In this document: one piece after another, positions 40,877-42,601 of the stretch
Position numbering within the stretch: the stretch's first letter is position 1
Layout of the letters: every line of letters begins with the position of its first letter
Assembly: GCA_964429285.1 (NCBI GenBank)
Contig: CAYSBO010000002.1
Coordinates: 1-42,601 of the forward strand
Source: an uncultured Dehalococcoidales bacterium
GTDB taxonomy: Bacteria > Chloroflexota > Dehalococcoidia > GIF9 > AB-539-J10
Direction: 5' to 3'
Length of the DNA: 42,601 nt
Program-made: the position numbers and the translations under genes
The notes under the pieces: generated by a model
Seen by the model: only the letters and a program-made list of their open reading frames with translations
What the model was told of the DNA's origin: nothing
Databases searched by the model: none

Positions 40877-41305
40877 ATGGAAAAGCAGAAACGGGAAGCC
40901 CCGGGACATAATCTAGCGGAGCTACAGGAAAAAGCGAAAAATGAGCGGATTGCCGATTTTCTCGGTATCAGGTTGGTTGAACTGTCCGAGGGTTATGCCA
41001 AGGTGGCAATGAGACTGCGACCTGAATACACTAATTTCAATGGCCTCGTGTTTGGGGGCATCGTCATGTCGGTGGCCGACGAGGCCTTTGCCTATGGCAC
41101 CAATTCGGTCATTACTCCTAATGTGGCCTCTCAGTTCAACATACATTTTGTAGCCGGGGCTGGTCTGGAAGACGAGCTAATTGGGGAGTGCCGGGTAGTG
41201 AGAGCGGGCAAGCGCGTCTGTATCTCCGAAATGAAGGTTACCAACCAGGATGGGAAACTCATAGCCAGCGCGACCGGGACGACCATTCCGTTAATTAACC
41301 GTTGA
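40877..41305 (+). CDS. PaaI/hotdog-fold acyl-CoA thioesterase
   Basis: 142 aa. Motifs: NGLVFGGIVMSVADEAFAY and ..GKRVCISEMKVTNQDGKLIASATGT.. (PaaI/YbgC-like hotdog pattern). Confidence 0.75.
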   Translation: MEKQKREAPGHNLAELQEKAKNERIADFLGIRLVELSEGYAKVAMRLRPEYTNFNGLVFGGIVMSVADEAFAYGTNSVITPNVASQFNIHFVAGAGLEDELIGECRVVRAGKRVCISEMKVTNQDGKLIASATGTTIPLINR

Positions 41306-41589
41306 GCCTGATTCAGCTTAGGGTTGGGATATGGAGAGGGTCTCTAGTGACCAACAATACACAAACACCCACAACTTTGCCCAAATCATCCTAGAATGCA
41401 CCTGAGAGGCCCGAGAAAGGCGGTTACGTCTTTGATGGTAGTAATTCCTAATGACAGATCTGACAAGGCCTGTTCTGTGCATACCGGGTTGGTGGAAGAT
41501 GCCGTGGGATGGCCTTGTCAGTTTTGGGATCCTATTACGTTGTTGGTCAGTGGTGAGAGATGCAAGGGTGATCGAGTGCCCTTTTCGGT

Positions 41590-41928
41590 TCAATGCTTAG
41601 ACCTGAATAGCCTTTGCCACCATCTTTGCTTAGGGGTATGCTTAGGGCTCTCCAGAAGCAATATTCGTTCCTGAAGCCATTGGGCTCGAGCTTTCCAATA
41701 GCCAACTTCTTGAGATAACTGCTCTATTCTATTGATAAGGGGCGGAGTGGATAAGGCATTATCTGCTAGGGGCTTGTTGACCAGGGGTAATTCGTCGATG
41801 ATGTATGACTGACCGAACTTGGAGGGGGCCAATGTAGCCTTTAGCTTGCCGGACTTGATATAGCGGCGTACGGTTATGGTGGAGACTCCTAGAGCGTCGG
41901 CAGCCTCTCTTAGTGTGTATGCAGCCAT
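41590..41928 (-). CDS. Excisionase/MerR-superfamily helix-turn-helix DNA-binding protein
   Basis: 112 aa. The N-terminal YTLREAADALGVSTITVRRYIKSGKL is an HTH_17-type motif. The C-terminus looks coiled-coil-like and basic. Confidence 0.65.
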   Translation of the reverse strand: MAAYTLREAADALGVSTITVRRYIKSGKLKATLAPSKFGQSYIIDELPLVNKPLADNALSTPPLINRIEQLSQEVGYWKARAQWLQERILLLESPKHTPKQRWWQRLFRSKH

Positions 41929-42244
41929 TGAAGGAATTGTAGCACGTCGGGTGGTGGGGAGAAAAGAGGGTCGGTGATTTGGGGAATGGAGGGGATGTTC
42001 AGGTTGAGCAGGGATGAACAGGGGTGAAGAACCCCTATTAGTTTTCCCGGCTTAGGCTTGCTTGGGTATGGCAGAAGCGTGGCCTACTAGGGGAGGTGGG
42101 GTATTCGCCATTCGGGGAAGCGTGCGTGACTCGTTGACTGTTCATAGAAGAGTCTAATCGGCTGTTTGTGCTCCTGTACCTGGAGTCGCTGGACTCCGGC
42201 TATTCGGTGGTCTGGGTTGCGGGTTCATGGCAGTGGTCGGTGCG

Positions 42245-42601
42245 CTACACTGTGTGTCTGTACTTCTGCTTTCGTTGCCTCCAGAGCCTGATAATTCCGA
42301 GGAGAAAGTTCATTCTAGGCACTCTTTGCATATAGGAACGATACTCGTTACCAAAGCGTTGTATGAGGAGTTTATCTTCCTCCTTTGTGCTCCAATATAG
42401 GATGACGGTTCCAAGAGTACCGAGGATCGCAAATAGCCAATGCGGATAGAACAACAACGTGGTAAGGAATATTGACAGGATTCCGCCCAAATATTGGGGA
42501 TGGCTGACAGCGGCATAGATACCTGTGTCCACCACGCGGGTGGTATGGACAAATGATTTCCCTTTAGGGACACCTCCCTTTCTTGGGAACGTGATTATTG
42601 G
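42245..42601 (-). CDS. Isoprenylcysteine carboxyl / phospholipid methyltransferase (ICMT/PEMT)-family membrane protein; C-terminal part, ORF continues past the right edge
   Basis: The track starts it at GTG 42535, but the frame stays open to 42601 (...PIITFPRKGGVPKGKSFVHTTRVVDTGIYAAVSHPQYLGG...). The RHPxYxG-like motif SHPQYLGG and EEDKLLIQRFGNEYRSYMQRVPR match the family C-terminus. Confidence 0.6.
   Translation of the reverse strand, partial: PIITFPRKGGVPKGKSFVHTTRVVDTGIYAAVSHPQYLGGILSIFLTTLLFYPHWLFAILGTLGTVILYWSTKEEDKLLIQRFGNEYRSYMQRVPRMNFLLGIIRLWRQRKQKYRHTV

Noticed and set aside
41318-41593. A 91-aa ORF as a real protein-coding gene.
   Set aside because: It has a TTG start with no SD and an extreme Arg/His/Ser composition, and I cannot place any domain. 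It is kept only as a possible decayed remnant in the findings.

Overview
This 42.6-kb window comes from an anaerobe-like bacterium at roughly 50-55% GC by eye. The gene content hints at Chloroflexota/Dehalococcoidia-like or a similar monoderm lineage, but that is only a guess. There are no rRNA genes, tRNA genes, CRISPR arrays or intact mobile elements. The left 17 kb (minus strand, 17251 down to 1) is one densely packed redox/sulfur supercluster. It contains an HdrBC-fusion, three HdrA paralogues, two MvhD genes plus a (ferredoxin-MvhD)x2 fusion, and two NfnAB/SudAB-like pairs. Interleaved with these are sulfur-carrier genes: DsrE-like, two TusA-like, a signal-peptide tandem rhodanese and YeeE. 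A partial FrhB-like gene sits at the left edge. Between the two Nfn-like pairs is a decayed mvhD'-hdrA' fusion scar, which suggests a tandem duplication followed by a deletion. This cluster is the best candidate for an undescribed system: a possible NAD(P)H/ferredoxin-linked Hdr acting on carrier-bound sulfur. The rest is mostly housekeeping: nusB-fabD-rpmF-yceD, an M20 amidohydrolase, rplI-dnaB-dnaD, dnaE and argJBDG. Notable items there are an unusual tandem-duplicated DnaC/DnaI-like loader and an ABC exporter with two ATPase genes flanked by flavodoxin-like proteins. Small accessory genes follow, and an ICMT-like gene is cut by the right edge. All functional calls come from motif recognition by eye. 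No database searches were run.
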